The translations under genes were made by a program, and so were the position numbers. A stretch of DNA of 64,000 nucleotides. Origin: an uncultured Candidatus Saccharibacteria bacterium. GTDB taxonomy: Bacteria > Patescibacteriota > Saccharimonadia > CAILAD01 > GCA-016700035. The notes beneath the pieces were generated by a model that was not told the DNA's origin, did no database searches, and saw only the letters and a list, made by a program, of their open reading frames with translations. Positions 20,478-30,889 of this stretch are shown piece by piece (the first letter of the stretch is position 1; each line of letters begins with the position of its first letter). The DNA lies in assembly GCA_964391595.1 (NCBI GenBank), contig CAYMMM010000002.1, positions 16,843-80,842 of the forward strand, in the 5' to 3' direction.

Positions 20478-20927
20478 CTAGAATGGGATGTCATCCAAAT
20501 TAATCTCATCATCACCCATATCTTCTATCTCCGGTGCGCTCTTTCCAGCCTTTTTCGCCACTGGCGCGTCGCTCGAACCACCGCCATCACCAGGTCCGCC
20601 AATAAAGTTTATATCGGTTGCAACGATTTCGGTGCGTGAACGCTTACCGCCATCCTGAGCTTCCCACTGACGGGTCTGCAGACGACCGACGATGAGTGCG
20701 CGTCTGCCTTTGGTCAAATATTGACTCACTAGCTCACCAAGTTTGCCCCAAGCTACAACATCATGGTATTCAACCGCATCTTTACGGTCTCCACTCTGTG
20801 GATCTTGCCAGCTGCGGTTTGTGGCGATCGCAAAACTTGCCACCGATTGACCCGAAGGTGTAGTGCGCAGTTCAGGGTCTCGCGTCAGATTACCCATGAT
20901 GATTGCTTGATTGAAGTCCTTAGCCAT
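20478..20927 (-). CDS. ssb: Single-stranded DNA-binding protein
   Basis: GNLTRDPELRTT; C-terminal DDIPF. Confidence 0.98.
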   Translation of the reverse strand: MAKDFNQAIIMGNLTRDPELRTTPSGQSVASFAIATNRSWQDPQSGDRKDAVEYHDVVAWGKLGELVSQYLTKGRRALIVGRLQTRQWEAQDGGKRSRTEIVATDINFIGGPGDGGGSSDAPVAKKAGKSAPEIEDMGDDEINLDDIPF

Positions 20928-20958
20928 AGTTTACTGTTCCCTTTCTTCTACTCAATTA

Positions 20959-21354
20959 TTATTGTTCTGCGTCGGCTACTTTGTCTTGCGTTTCTTCTAC
21001 GTCTTCTGACTTTTTGGACTTTGCAGAGACCTTCTTCGAGCCATCCGACTTGGGCTTCTGGATAGTCTTGATGTCTTCAAGAGATACTACCAAGTAGCGC
21101 ATCACTTCATCCGTAATACGCAGGGTATTATCGAGCGATTGAACCTGACTCGGATCAATCTTCACCTGAAAGAATACATAGATTCCCCAGTCTTGTTTTT
21201 TGATCTTGTAAGCTAGCTTGCGCTTACCCCAGTTGTCTTTTTTCTCAATCTCGCCACCGAGCCCAGTAATTATGGTCTCGACTTTAGTAATTGCACGCTC
21301 GACATCTATCTCGAGGTCAGGGTGCAACACTACTGCAACTTCATATTGTCGCAT
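20959..21354 (-). CDS. rpsF: 30S ribosomal protein S6
   Basis: MRQYE, WGKRKLAYKI. Confidence 0.98.
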   Translation of the reverse strand: MRQYEVAVVLHPDLEIDVERAITKVETIITGLGGEIEKKDNWGKRKLAYKIKKQDWGIYVFFQVKIDPSQVQSLDNTLRITDEVMRYLVVSLEDIKTIQKPKSDGSKKVSAKSKKSEDVEETQDKVADAEQ

Positions 21355-21457
21355 GTATATCCTTTCTTCGGTTCCCTACAGACTTACGCCTATAGCTTCA
21401 CTGGAATTCTTTACGATTCCAGTAAAAAGGTTACTTATTTGATCTAACAATACCGTA

Positions 21458-21486
21458 ATTGTACCGAAAATACATCTGTACGTCAA
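21458..21486 (-). promoter_or_regulatory. sigma70 promoter of rpsF-ssb-rpsR
   Basis: TTGACG-17nt-TACAAT. Confidence 0.75.
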
Positions 21487-21515
21487 GCAGGATAATTAGG
21501 GGTATAATGCAGGCT

Positions 21516-22049
21516 ATGCACTGTCTGGCCAGCAAATTGCTCAACTCATGGATGATGGACCGAGATAGCGAACAAACACCCCTCATCGGCCTTATAGAAG
21601 AAATTGTTCTCGATCCAGAAACTTTGAAGGTTGCCCTCTTTGGCCTCGGTGTTGGCCGAGGACGAACTAAGTTTTTTGTACGCAGCGATCAGACACACTT
21701 CGATCGCACCAGCGGAATGATGCAAACGCATTTCGATGCTGTTGGTGAAACAGATGACTTCATTCGCGAACACGACATCTTGCGCACGCACTGCACACTA
21801 ATCGGTTATCGAGTAGCAGACGAAACGGGACGGTATCTGGGTTCTGTCCGCGACTACAGTCTCACCTCACAGCTCTTTCAAGTTGAACGTCTCTACATTA
21901 CTTCACCCTTCTGGAAAAGACTTCGTACCCCGCAGCTCATCATTGCGCGCACCCAAGTTCTCGAGGTAATACCAGCAAAAAAACTTGTGCAGATCAAAAA
22001 CATTAAGCCTGCCCAGCGGAGTCGTGCTAGCCAAGCAATACCCGCTTAA
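21516..22049 (+). CDS. Tandem PRC-barrel domain protein
   Basis: 'IGLIEEIVLDPETLKV' and 'LIGYRVADETGRYLGSVRDY' PRC motifs; start at ATG 21516, 7 nt after TATAAT. Confidence 0.8.
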   Translation: MHCLASKLLNSWMMDRDSEQTPLIGLIEEIVLDPETLKVALFGLGVGRGRTKFFVRSDQTHFDRTSGMMQTHFDAVGETDDFIREHDILRTHCTLIGYRVADETGRYLGSVRDYSLTSQLFQVERLYITSPFWKRLRTPQLIIARTQVLEVIPAKKLVQIKNIKPAQRSRASQAIPA

Positions 22050-22141
22050 AATCTGTTGTCATAAATACTACAATGTTCGGTTCTTGTCTGCTTGTGCTTA
22101 CTTTGTCGCTCACCTATGATTGATACAGAAAAAGGAGGGTT

Positions 22142-22216
22142 GTGGGCTTGGTTACAGTAGCACTCTGGCTAGTTGCCATCGCCGTCTGCGTTCGCGCAGT
22201 TGTGGTGTCACGCTAG
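22142..22216 (+). CDS. Small hydrophobic peptide (22-24 aa)
   Basis: TTGTGC-17-TATGAT promoter (22092-22120), AAGGAGG SD (22132-22138), GTG/TTG start; MGLVTVALWLVAIAVCVRAVVVSR*. Confidence 0.55.
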   Translation: MGLVTVALWLVAIAVCVRAVVVSR

Positions 22217-22270
22217 ACAAAATAGAACGATAAAACGAGACAGAAAGATAGAGAACGCACCACATAGTGG

Positions 22271-22867
22271 TTATCCATTGTCTTCTAAGACTTGCTTTAT
22301 GTCTGAGTAGCGAAATCCCTTGCGAAGCAAGTATTGAATGAGTTTTTCAGGCGCCGGATATTGCTGGCGCTTTTTTTGTACCAATCGTGCTATCTGGCTC
22401 TTGGTTTCTTCGCCCCCTATATGAGCAAGTGCCTCTTGGATAGTACTGGAGTTTATATTTTTCTTCATCAACTCAACTCGTATGGTGGCTAGTGAACGAT
22501 TTTGATCCATCCGCATGCGTATCCACCGATTCGTAAAATCTTCATCATCAAGATACTTTTCATCAGTGAGTTTCTTGATGATTGATTGTATAACGCTTGA
22601 GGAAAATTCTTTCTTGCGCAGATAGTCACTCAACTCACCAGTGCTACGGATGCGATATGACAAGTAGCGCAGGCTCGAGGCATAAGCTTTAGCTTCGATG
22701 GATTGAGTCTTGAGTGATTCGATGTCCTCGGCAGAAAGCTCATCCCCCACATGCAATCCCCGAGCAGCAACCTGGAAGTCCGAAAGCCCGCAGACGAACT
22801 CCCCATCCACCATCACATTGATATAGCTAGCACGTCTCTGTGGTTTAAGATCGGTAATTGTTGGCAC
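22271..22867 (-). CDS. recX: Regulatory protein RecX
   Basis: RYLSYRIRS..EL, YLDDEDF, LLRKGF; follows recA; start reset to GTG 22867. Confidence 0.92.
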   Translation of the reverse strand: MPTITDLKPQRRASYINVMVDGEFVCGLSDFQVAARGLHVGDELSAEDIESLKTQSIEAKAYASSLRYLSYRIRSTGELSDYLRKKEFSSSVIQSIIKKLTDEKYLDDEDFTNRWIRMRMDQNRSLATIRVELMKKNINSSTIQEALAHIGGEETKSQIARLVQKKRQQYPAPEKLIQYLLRKGFRYSDIKQVLEDNG

Positions 22868-22892
22868 AGAAAGCCCTTTCAGTGCACCCCAC

Positions 22893-23963
22893 TCATTTCC
22901 CTGCTTTGGCAAGCTCACGAATTTGCTTATCAAGCTCCGATACAACCTTTGGATGTTCATCCAAGAAGGATTTTGCAGCCTCACGCCCCTGCCCAATCTT
23001 TTCGTCCTTATAGGAGAACCAGGAGCCGGCCTTTTGAATCAGCTCGTATTTCACGGCAAGATCAATCATATCTCCAGATTTTGATATACCTTGGTTAAAC
23101 ATAATGTCAAACTCAGCGATCTTAAATGGTGCTGCAATCTTGTTCTTCACCACTTTGACCTTCACGTGGTTACCTATACTCTGATCACCTTCTTTAATCT
23201 GTTCGGTGCGGCGAATGTCCAAGCGCACTGAAGCATAGTATTTAAGGGCATTGCCACCTGCGGTGACTTCTGGGTTGCCAAACATCACGCCAATCTTCAT
23301 GCGCAGCTGATTAATGAAGATAACCGTACACTTAGACTTACTAATCACGCCGGTCAGTTTACGAAGTGCCTGACTCATCAATCTGGCTTGCAAACCAACG
23401 TGCGCATCGCCCATCTCACCTTCTATCTCCGCTCGTGGAACGAGAGCTGCTACTGAGTCAACGACTACGATATCTACGGCAGCTGAACGCACGAGTGTCT
23501 CCGTGATTTCAAGGGCCTGCTCGCCTGTGTCTGGCTGCGAAATCAACAGGTCATCTAGATTTACACCGATGCGAGAAGCGTATTCTGGATCAAGTGCGTG
23601 CTCTGCATCGACAAATGCAGCCAAACCACCCGACTTCTGCACTTCTGCAACTGCGTGTAGCGCAAGCGTGGTTTTACCACTTGATTCAGGTCCGTAGATC
23701 TCTATAATGCGTCCTTTCGGGATGCCACCTCCTAGAGCGAGATCCAGTGCAAGACTCCCTGTGGGAATCGTCTCAACATGTACATGCATGCCCTCGCCGA
23801 GCCGCATAATTGAACCCTTGCCAAACTGACGCTCTATCTGGTCAACCGCTAGTTCTACAGCTTTGAGGCGAGCTGCTTTTTCGTTCTTGGTATTCTTCGG
23901 GTCTACTTCCATAACGGCATTCTCTTTCGTCTTAGTTGACTTGTCGGCTTGAGCTACTGGCAT
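22893..23963 (-). CDS. recA: Recombinase A
   Basis: [27 protein letters not shown]. Confidence 0.99.
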   Translation of the reverse strand: MPVAQADKSTKTKENAVMEVDPKNTKNEKAARLKAVELAVDQIERQFGKGSIMRLGEGMHVHVETIPTGSLALDLALGGGIPKGRIIEIYGPESSGKTTLALHAVAEVQKSGGLAAFVDAEHALDPEYASRIGVNLDDLLISQPDTGEQALEITETLVRSAAVDIVVVDSVAALVPRAEIEGEMGDAHVGLQARLMSQALRKLTGVISKSKCTVIFINQLRMKIGVMFGNPEVTAGGNALKYYASVRLDIRRTEQIKEGDQSIGNHVKVKVVKNKIAAPFKIAEFDIMFNQGISKSGDMIDLAVKYELIQKAGSWFSYKDEKIGQGREAAKSFLDEHPKVVSELDKQIRELAKAGK

Positions 23964-24055
23964 ATCACCTCTCCTATCTTATATGAATTATCTTAAATCG
24001 ATAATACCGAACACTTACCGATCATGTCAAGCGTCTTTTGTTCGTATACATAAAA

Positions 24056-24083
24056 TTGCCGCCCCGATTACACGGAACGGCAA
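24056..24083. terminator. Hairpin after hypothetical gene 24089-24670
   Basis: TTGCCG...CGGCAA inverted repeat. Confidence 0.45.
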
Positions 24084-24088
24084 AGTAT

Positions 24089-24670
24089 TCACTTGAGCAT
24101 AAGAAGCATCCCGACAAGTTCCTCAGGAAACAGGCTCGCTTTGGTCAGCTTGGCACGAAATGCGCCCGACCACTTGTCTTCAGCTGAGAGAATGACACCG
24201 AGCTCCTCCTCCAAGAATGGATTGAGAAGATCTTTCAAGATCTGTTCTGCTGTCTTGCCAGTCTTAATGCTGACTGCAGCTAGGAGTTTGCGCTGGGGGT
24301 CGCTCAGAGCTGGCAAGAGCTTGGGGTCAACCTTGTAGCGAGTGATATCGAGGTACACGCCCACACTACGCGGAACCGTCAATGTGATCTGGATCTGATC
24401 GGTACGTGGCCCGACGCGCACTACCAAATCAGCCTCCTCGATACGCATGGCATTGTCGTCAGATCGCATCACAGCCAGTTCAACCGGCGGCTTCGAACGG
24501 ATCTTGGCGTTGACTCGTGCCTGGAAGGCCTTCTGTAGGGCATTCGTGATCTGAGGTGGCGACATCGCCCCACGACTGACTCCAAGTCGCGCATCGAGTT
24601 CACGAGGCGACAATGCCTCATACTCCAACAGAAGCGTCTCGAGAATTTCTCTCACTCGATCTGTATTCAC
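24089..24670 (-). CDS. Hypothetical protein (possible N-terminal HTH)
   Basis: 193-aa ORF with GGAG SD. Confidence 0.6.
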   Translation of the reverse strand: MNTDRVREILETLLLEYEALSPRELDARLGVSRGAMSPPQITNALQKAFQARVNAKIRSKPPVELAVMRSDDNAMRIEEADLVVRVGPRTDQIQITLTVPRSVGVYLDITRYKVDPKLLPALSDPQRKLLAAVSIKTGKTAEQILKDLLNPFLEEELGVILSAEDKWSGAFRAKLTKASLFPEELVGMLLMLK

Positions 24671-24758
24671 AGCTCTCCTTACATACTTCAGTAGGTACGA
24701 TCAGGACAACGATACCATTCAAACAACACCTACTCAAGCACAAGCGACATAGAGGAAA

Positions 24759-25799
24759 TTATCGAATTGGCGTTGCGCTATCAAGCGAGAATACGACACC
24801 TTGCTGCACCTCACCCAGACCACCAAGCACACCGAGATCTTGATTTTGAGCCGCCTTATTACTCAAAGTAACCGCAGTCGCGCCGGCATTACTCGTACTC
24901 AAGGCAAGCTGCTTTGAGGCCGTAAAGGTCTGAGGTTGATCAGGCTGTACGGCAGCCTTGTAGACCTCCTTCCCGTCAGCTAAGATCGTGAGGTTAATCG
25001 GTGCATTCTTTGCAGTAACAGTAATTTTTACCCCTTCGGTCACCTCTCCAACTGAAGGAGTTGGCGTAGGGCTCGCTACTTTCGGCAGGCTGGCAGTAAT
25101 GATATACGTTTCAGCTGCGGTTTTGCCAAGTCTATTCTTGGCCGAGAGGCGAATTTCATTGCGACCATCCACGACCGCGATGCGTTCTCGAAAACTCCCA
25201 TCAGCAGCTACAAGTACTGGCGAATCATTAATGTACAGGTCAGCACCACCATCGACTCGCCCAGAAATATAGCCGAAGTTCGTAGTCACTACAGTCGCCT
25301 CAGAGGTATTGATGTTGATCCGAGGTGGCGCTGATAGCACCGCCACTTGCCAGCCGATATATAAGACCACCACCGCAAACATGGATAGGATAGAAACGAG
25401 CAAAAAAGTGCGTGGAGTAACAATCATTCTGTTCGAGCGAATCGGCTTCAATCCAAGCTTCACAGACCCGCCATGCTTACGTCGCGATTGACGACGCATC
25501 TCCCTCTCTGATGCTCTCTCTCGCTCATAAATCTTCATAATAGGCTTGGGATCTAAGCCAAGATAATCAGCATAGTTGCGTACGTAGCCGCGCGAGTACA
25601 CATCATCCTTCAGAGAGTCGTAATCACCCGATTCGATCGCCTCAAGATAACTAAGTCGAATACGTGTCGCTTGTTCTGCCTCAGAAAGGGCGATCTCCAA
25701 GCTTTCTCGACGGTGCTTGAGTATGGCCGCTAGTGGCTGGTTGGCACTACGTCGTGCCCGGGGGCTAGGTACGGTCGATGCGATAGGGCGTTCATTCAT
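24759..25799 (-). CDS. RodZ-like HTH membrane protein
   Basis: YLEAIESG...YSRGYVRNYADYLGL HTH, TM, Ig-like and C-terminal beta domain; start at ATG 25799 overlapping ftsK stop. Confidence 0.85.
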   Translation of the reverse strand: MNERPIASTVPSPRARRSANQPLAAILKHRRESLEIALSEAEQATRIRLSYLEAIESGDYDSLKDDVYSRGYVRNYADYLGLDPKPIMKIYERERASEREMRRQSRRKHGGSVKLGLKPIRSNRMIVTPRTFLLVSILSMFAVVVLYIGWQVAVLSAPPRININTSEATVVTTNFGYISGRVDGGADLYINDSPVLVAADGSFRERIAVVDGRNEIRLSAKNRLGKTAAETYIITASLPKVASPTPTPSVGEVTEGVKITVTAKNAPINLTILADGKEVYKAAVQPDQPQTFTASKQLALSTSNAGATAVTLSNKAAQNQDLGVLGGLGEVQQGVVFSLDSATPIR

Positions 25800-27945
25800 C
25801 CGCCCCGCCTTCCTCCGTAGCATGCGACTCCATGCCACCCCCTTCTGCACCGGCTAAATCAGCACTTGATATCAATACTTTACGCGGCTTCGCACCGTCC
25901 TTCGGACCAATCACGCCATTTTCTTCCAGCATGTCTATGAGGCTGGCAGCACGAGCGTACCCAACACGGAATTGGCGCTGAATGCGACTTGATGAAGCTT
26001 CCCCGGAGCGCATGACAAATTCAAGCACTTCATCATACAGATCATCATCGTGACGACCACCACCACCCGCACTCATTACCCCGCGATTGCCAATCTTTAC
26101 TGCTTGCGCCAAAACATCTTCGAGATATTCCGGAGCCTGTTCATCACGTAAGAATTTCGTGACCGCACTCACCTCTTCGTTTGTTAGCAAGACGCCCTGA
26201 GCGCGTTTCGGCTTCATAAATTCTGGTGAAGAGAAGAGCATATCACCCTTACCGAGAAGTTTTTCGGCACCAGCCTGATCAATGATGGTACGACTGTCGA
26301 TCTGGCTGGCGGTGGTCAAGGCGATACGCGCAGGGACGTTTGCCTTGATGATGCCAGTTACAACACCAACACTTGGTCGCTGAGTGGCAAGCACCAAATG
26401 AATACCGACCGCACGAGCCATTTGAGCGATTCGAACGATCAATGCTTCGACATCCTTGCCGGCCACCGCCATGAGATCAGAGAATTCGTCGAGGACAATG
26501 ACGATATACGGCATAGGCTCGACCTCTTTGAGCGCGTTATATTCACCAATATTGCGCTTCGTCTTATCAGCAAGAAGCTTGAGACGGCGATCCATCTCAC
26601 CCACCGCCCACTTGAGCGCAGAGATGGTCTTATCCGGCTCGTAAATCACCGGCGTGAGGAGATGCGGGATATCATTATAAAGCGTCATTTCAACACGCTT
26701 CGGATCAACAAGGATCAGGCGCAACTCAGCCGGCGAGTTGCGATACAAGAATGAAGTAAGGAGCGTATTAATCATCACCGACTTACCCGATCCAGTCGTA
26801 CCAGCAACCAAAAGGTGCGGCATGCTCGCAAGGTCAGCGGTCAAAACGTCACCCGCCACATCGCGACCGAGCACAAACTCTAACTTACTGGGCTTGGCTT
26901 GCATTTCTTTACTTTCCATAATGTCACGCAATCGTACCTGCGCAGCTTTTTCATTTGGCACTTCGATACCTACAAGGTCAGTGCCAGGAATCGGCGCCTC
27001 AATACGTACTTGAGGAGCCTTGAGCGCAAGCGCGAGGTTACGATCGAGTGTCGTGATTTTATTGAGTTTCACTCCAGTAGAAGGGCGCATGGTGTACTGC
27101 GCGACGGTTGGACCTACGTTTACCCCAACCATCTTTACATCGATCGCAAATTCCTTGAAAGTCGTACCAATAATGCCAGCTTTCTCTTTCTCATTGCCAG
27201 CATCCGCCTTAGTAGACATGCCCTTCAACAGGTCAAGAGGCGGATATTTCCAGTTTTTGTCGAGTGTAGCGGTCACAGCTCGCGCTGGCTGTTTGGCTTT
27301 CGCATCATCTTCCCCGCCACCAATAGCACCCTTGAAAGGCAGCTTAGTATTTATCGTAAACCCTGCCTGCTTCACTTCGAGCTCGGGCTCGCCGTCGGCT
27401 TTCTTGCCACGCAACTTATTCCACAGCTCGATGAGACGCACATTGGTCGCGATGATAACGGTAATGAGCTCAAGCAAGCCAAGTACGAATAACGCCAATG
27501 GTCGTGTCAGAAGTGGATTAATAATCATCCAGAGGCCATAGCCGATAAAGCCACCTTGGTCTGACAGCTCCGACAAAGCTGAGCCGTCACCCGCAACTGC
27601 AAACTGAATGATGCCAGCGAGCAATATAAAGAAAACGAACAGACCAAAATAATTATTCGCCTTAAGCTCATACTTACTCACACGGAAGAGCGCGTAGGCC
27701 AAGAACAACAAGCCAAGTGGTAATGGATAAACCGCCTGTCCGATGAGTGTTTTCAAGAGAGCAAGTAGCCCCATACCAAGAGATCCAGCACCATTAAAGA
27801 ACGCAACAATTACTAAAATAGCCACGCCGACAATGAAGATTGCTGCGATATCTTGCTTGGCCGCCTTCGAGAGCAAAGGCTCTTTTTCGACAGTTGGTTT
27901 GCGCGCAGCTCGTGAGCGCGCTGGTTTACGTGTTCGTTTTGCCAT
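25792..27945 (-). CDS. ftsK: DNA translocase FtsK/SpoIIIE
   Basis: N-terminal TMs, GTTGSGKS, LATQRPS, gamma domain VGYARAA. Confidence 0.98.
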   Translation of the reverse strand: MAKRTRKPARSRAARKPTVEKEPLLSKAAKQDIAAIFIVGVAILVIVAFFNGAGSLGMGLLALLKTLIGQAVYPLPLGLLFLAYALFRVSKYELKANNYFGLFVFFILLAGIIQFAVAGDGSALSELSDQGGFIGYGLWMIINPLLTRPLALFVLGLLELITVIIATNVRLIELWNKLRGKKADGEPELEVKQAGFTINTKLPFKGAIGGGEDDAKAKQPARAVTATLDKNWKYPPLDLLKGMSTKADAGNEKEKAGIIGTTFKEFAIDVKMVGVNVGPTVAQYTMRPSTGVKLNKITTLDRNLALALKAPQVRIEAPIPGTDLVGIEVPNEKAAQVRLRDIMESKEMQAKPSKLEFVLGRDVAGDVLTADLASMPHLLVAGTTGSGKSVMINTLLTSFLYRNSPAELRLILVDPKRVEMTLYNDIPHLLTPVIYEPDKTISALKWAVGEMDRRLKLLADKTKRNIGEYNALKEVEPMPYIVIVLDEFSDLMAVAGKDVEALIVRIAQMARAVGIHLVLATQRPSVGVVTGIIKANVPARIALTTASQIDSRTIIDQAGAEKLLGKGDMLFSSPEFMKPKRAQGVLLTNEEVSAVTKFLRDEQAPEYLEDVLAQAVKIGNRGVMSAGGGGRHDDDLYDEVLEFVMRSGEASSSRIQRQFRVGYARAASLIDMLEENGVIGPKDGAKPRKVLISSADLAGAEGGGMESHATEEGGADE

Positions 27946-28084
27946 ATCCTGTGTAATCGTATTATGCCTGGTTTTCTGCTTCTGTGCCAGATGAATCGAC
28001 CGACTTCAGGCTGTGGTTCTCACCCTCTGAGAACATAACCATTATAGCACAACTGGACAATAAAATAAAGACTTGTCAAATACT

Positions 28085-28112
28085 AAAACCGCCCTGCTTT
28101 GACCGAGGGCGG
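28085..28112 (-). terminator. Intrinsic terminator after rnj
   Basis: CCGCCCT/AGGGCGG stem followed by T-run on minus strand. Confidence 0.65.
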
Positions 28113-28134
28113 CTTAGCTTTAGGACTACTGAGT

Positions 28135-30225
28135 CTACACTTCAATCACGACAGGGAGCACGATCGGATTACGCTTTGTCACCTTGAAGAGGTAGTTGGC
28201 GATCTCGTCACGCATGCGCGTCTTGATGATCAGCGAGTTGGCAGGCAATGCCTTGTCGCGCTTATCAAAGATATTTTGCACAATCTGACGGCTCTTCTGT
28301 ACCAGCTCGACGTTATCCTTCATATAGATAAAGCCACGCGAAATGATGTCAGGACTCGTAGCGAGCTTACCGGTCTTCTTGTCGACCGTAGCAACCGCCA
28401 TAAAGACTCCACTCTCACTCATCGCAAGGCGGTCCTTCAAAACAATCTCTTGTACATCGCCGATACCCGCACCATCAATCAATACAGAACCTGCCTGCAC
28501 CTTCGGGCCTTCTTTGACGCCCTTGTCGTCCGCGATCAGGGTCTGCCCATCTTCGATCACGAATACATTGCTATCAGCGATACCTTCGGTCAACGCGATT
28601 GCCGCGTTGTGGAACATGTGGTGCATCTCACCGTGGATCGGCAAGTAGTACTTCGGTCGTACGAGCTGGATCATTTCCTTGATCTCATCAACGCTTGCGT
28701 GACCTGAGGTATGCATAGTCCCGAGGTCATCGATCGAAGCGGTCGCTGGTTGATACACATACGTACCCCAGCGGAAGAGATTGTCGACCATACCCCAAAC
28801 CGACTTCTCGTTACCTGGGATGATAGAAGCAGAAAGCACTACGACGTCAGTCCCCTTCAGCTTCACATCGCGGTGGTCGCCAGTACCCATACGCTGGAGT
28901 GCTGAGAATGTTTCTCCCTGTGAGCCAGTAGATACAACAACAAGCTGACCATCGGAGTATTTCTCCATATCACGTGCCTTGATAAGCAAGCCAGCAGGGA
29001 TTTTCACGTACCCCAGCTTGACCGACAGTTCAAGGTTGTTGAGCATGCTGCGTCCGACTACCACGAGCTTACGCTTGGCTTTAGCTACCGCATCAATGAT
29101 GATCTGCATACGCGTAATCTGACTCGAGAAAGCTGCAATAATGACACGCTTGTTGTAGTTGCGTACAAAGATCTCGTCGATCGTGTCGACAATTTCGCTC
29201 TCAGAAGCCGACCGGCCGGTCTTCTCACAGCTCGTCGAGTCACACATGAGCATCAATACACCTTCGTCGCCGATCTCTTTGAGCCGCTGCTTATCTGATG
29301 GCTTACCGTCGATGGGATTTTCTTCAAAACGCCAGTCACCGGTGTTAATGATCGTACCGACAGGAGTACGGATGACGAGTGAGCACGCATCTGGAATGGA
29401 GTGCGTGATACGCAAGAACTCGACATTAAATGCACCGAGTTGAATGCGATCGTGTTTATCTTGATCAATAATGTGTAGCTCTGGCTTAAACGGCAGACGA
29501 TATTCTTCGAGTTTGCGCTCGATGAATTTGATCGTAAACTTCGCAGCATAGATCGGGGCAGGGATCTTCGGCAGCAAGAACGGAATGCCTCCTACATGAT
29601 CCTCGTGAGCGTGCGTGATAAAGATTCCTTTAATCTTATGCTTACGCTGTTCGAGATAGGTTACATCTGGCACAACGAGATCGATGCCTGGTTGGTCATC
29701 ACCAGGAAAGGAGAAGCCCATGTCCATGATGATGATATCGTCCTCGTATTCGAGCGCCATGATATTTTTACCAATTTGATTCAGGCCACCGAGCGGAATG
29801 ATCTTCAGCTTACCCGCATCAGTCTTGCTGACACCAGGCACAGCGACGCCAGCTGGCTTCGCCGCACCATTGCCGTTCGTATTGAAGCTACCTGTCACAA
29901 AGGTCTGCGGACCTTTTGGCATACGCATACGAGGCGGTCGACCCAGCCCCCCACGCTCACCACGCTGACCGTTGTTCTTGCCATTGCCGTTACGCCCGCG
30001 CTGCTGCCCCTGTTGGCCTGTTCGTGCCTGGCCTTGAGAGCGGTTTGCATTCGCCCGGCTTTGACCCGCGCCTCGATTACTCGAGCGCGTGATTGACCCA
30101 GCTGCCTGCTCTTGATTCTGTCGAGCTGGACGACTTGATCCTGATTTGTCTGATTGTTTTGATTGTGCCGATGGTTTCGGCATATCGTCGGCCGATAATG
30201 GTCGACTTGTTAGTTTGTCTGGCAT
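28135..30225 (-). CDS. rnj: Ribonuclease J with N-terminal low-complexity extension
   Basis: PLGGLNQIGKN, THAHEDHVG, HTSGH, KRNPIVLPVVIEV. Confidence 0.97.
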   Translation of the reverse strand: MPDKLTSRPLSADDMPKPSAQSKQSDKSGSSRPARQNQEQAAGSITRSSNRGAGQSRANANRSQGQARTGQQGQQRGRNGNGKNNGQRGERGGLGRPPRMRMPKGPQTFVTGSFNTNGNGAAKPAGVAVPGVSKTDAGKLKIIPLGGLNQIGKNIMALEYEDDIIIMDMGFSFPGDDQPGIDLVVPDVTYLEQRKHKIKGIFITHAHEDHVGGIPFLLPKIPAPIYAAKFTIKFIERKLEEYRLPFKPELHIIDQDKHDRIQLGAFNVEFLRITHSIPDACSLVIRTPVGTIINTGDWRFEENPIDGKPSDKQRLKEIGDEGVLMLMCDSTSCEKTGRSASESEIVDTIDEIFVRNYNKRVIIAAFSSQITRMQIIIDAVAKAKRKLVVVGRSMLNNLELSVKLGYVKIPAGLLIKARDMEKYSDGQLVVVSTGSQGETFSALQRMGTGDHRDVKLKGTDVVVLSASIIPGNEKSVWGMVDNLFRWGTYVYQPATASIDDLGTMHTSGHASVDEIKEMIQLVRPKYYLPIHGEMHHMFHNAAIALTEGIADSNVFVIEDGQTLIADDKGVKEGPKVQAGSVLIDGAGIGDVQEIVLKDRLAMSESGVFMAVATVDKKTGKLATSPDIISRGFIYMKDNVELVQKSRQIVQNIFDKRDKALPANSLIIKTRMRDEIANYLFKVTKRNPIVLPVVIEV

Positions 30226-30267
30226 AGTTTTCCTTTCTTATACCAATTGGTTTTAATGAATAAAAGC

Positions 30268-30882
30268 TTAGGTTAGTTTCCGAAGGAGATCTGGAATCTT
30301 TGAGAAGTCTTCCTTCAGGGTTTCGCGCATACCGCCATTATAGAGGGCAGCTGCAGGGTGGTAGAGCGGCAAGAAGATTTGAGTGCGCTTCTTCCCAGCA
30401 TGCGCATAAACGCGTTTGGTGGGCTGACCATGCACTTCACTAATCTTCTTCTCGGGCAAGAATACCGACATCGAGTGGCGCCCAAGAAATGCCACGATCT
30501 TTGGATTAATGATGTCGATTTGCTCTAAGAGGTACGGGAGGCAGGCTTGGATTTCGTCAGGAAGTGGGTCGCGATTCTTCGGCGGTCGATATTTCACGAT
30601 ATTCGTGATGTAGACTTCTTCTCTAGTCAGGCCAATGGACTCAAGCATTTCTGCTAAGAATTTGCCGGACGCTCCAACAAATGGCCGACCCTGACGGTCT
30701 TCCTCTGCCCCGGGGGCTTCACCCACAAACATAATGTCTGCTTCTGGGTCACCCTCGCCGGGCACAGGATTGGTCACTGATTTACATAATTCGGTGCATA
30801 CTTCACACGAGGCTATGCGGGCGGCGATTTGATCAAGTCGTTCTATTTTTGTAAGTCTTTGAACACTATCGTCGCCTATCAT
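30268..30882 (-). CDS. Uracil-DNA glycosylase family 4
   Basis: GEAPG..ED..GRPFVG and YHPAA motifs. Confidence 0.93.
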   Translation of the reverse strand: MIGDDSVQRLTKIERLDQIAARIASCEVCTELCKSVTNPVPGEGDPEADIMFVGEAPGAEEDRQGRPFVGASGKFLAEMLESIGLTREEVYITNIVKYRPPKNRDPLPDEIQACLPYLLEQIDIINPKIVAFLGRHSMSVFLPEKKISEVHGQPTKRVYAHAGKKRTQIFLPLYHPAAALYNGGMRETLKEDFSKIPDLLRKLT

Positions 30883-30889
30883 TTTTTGC

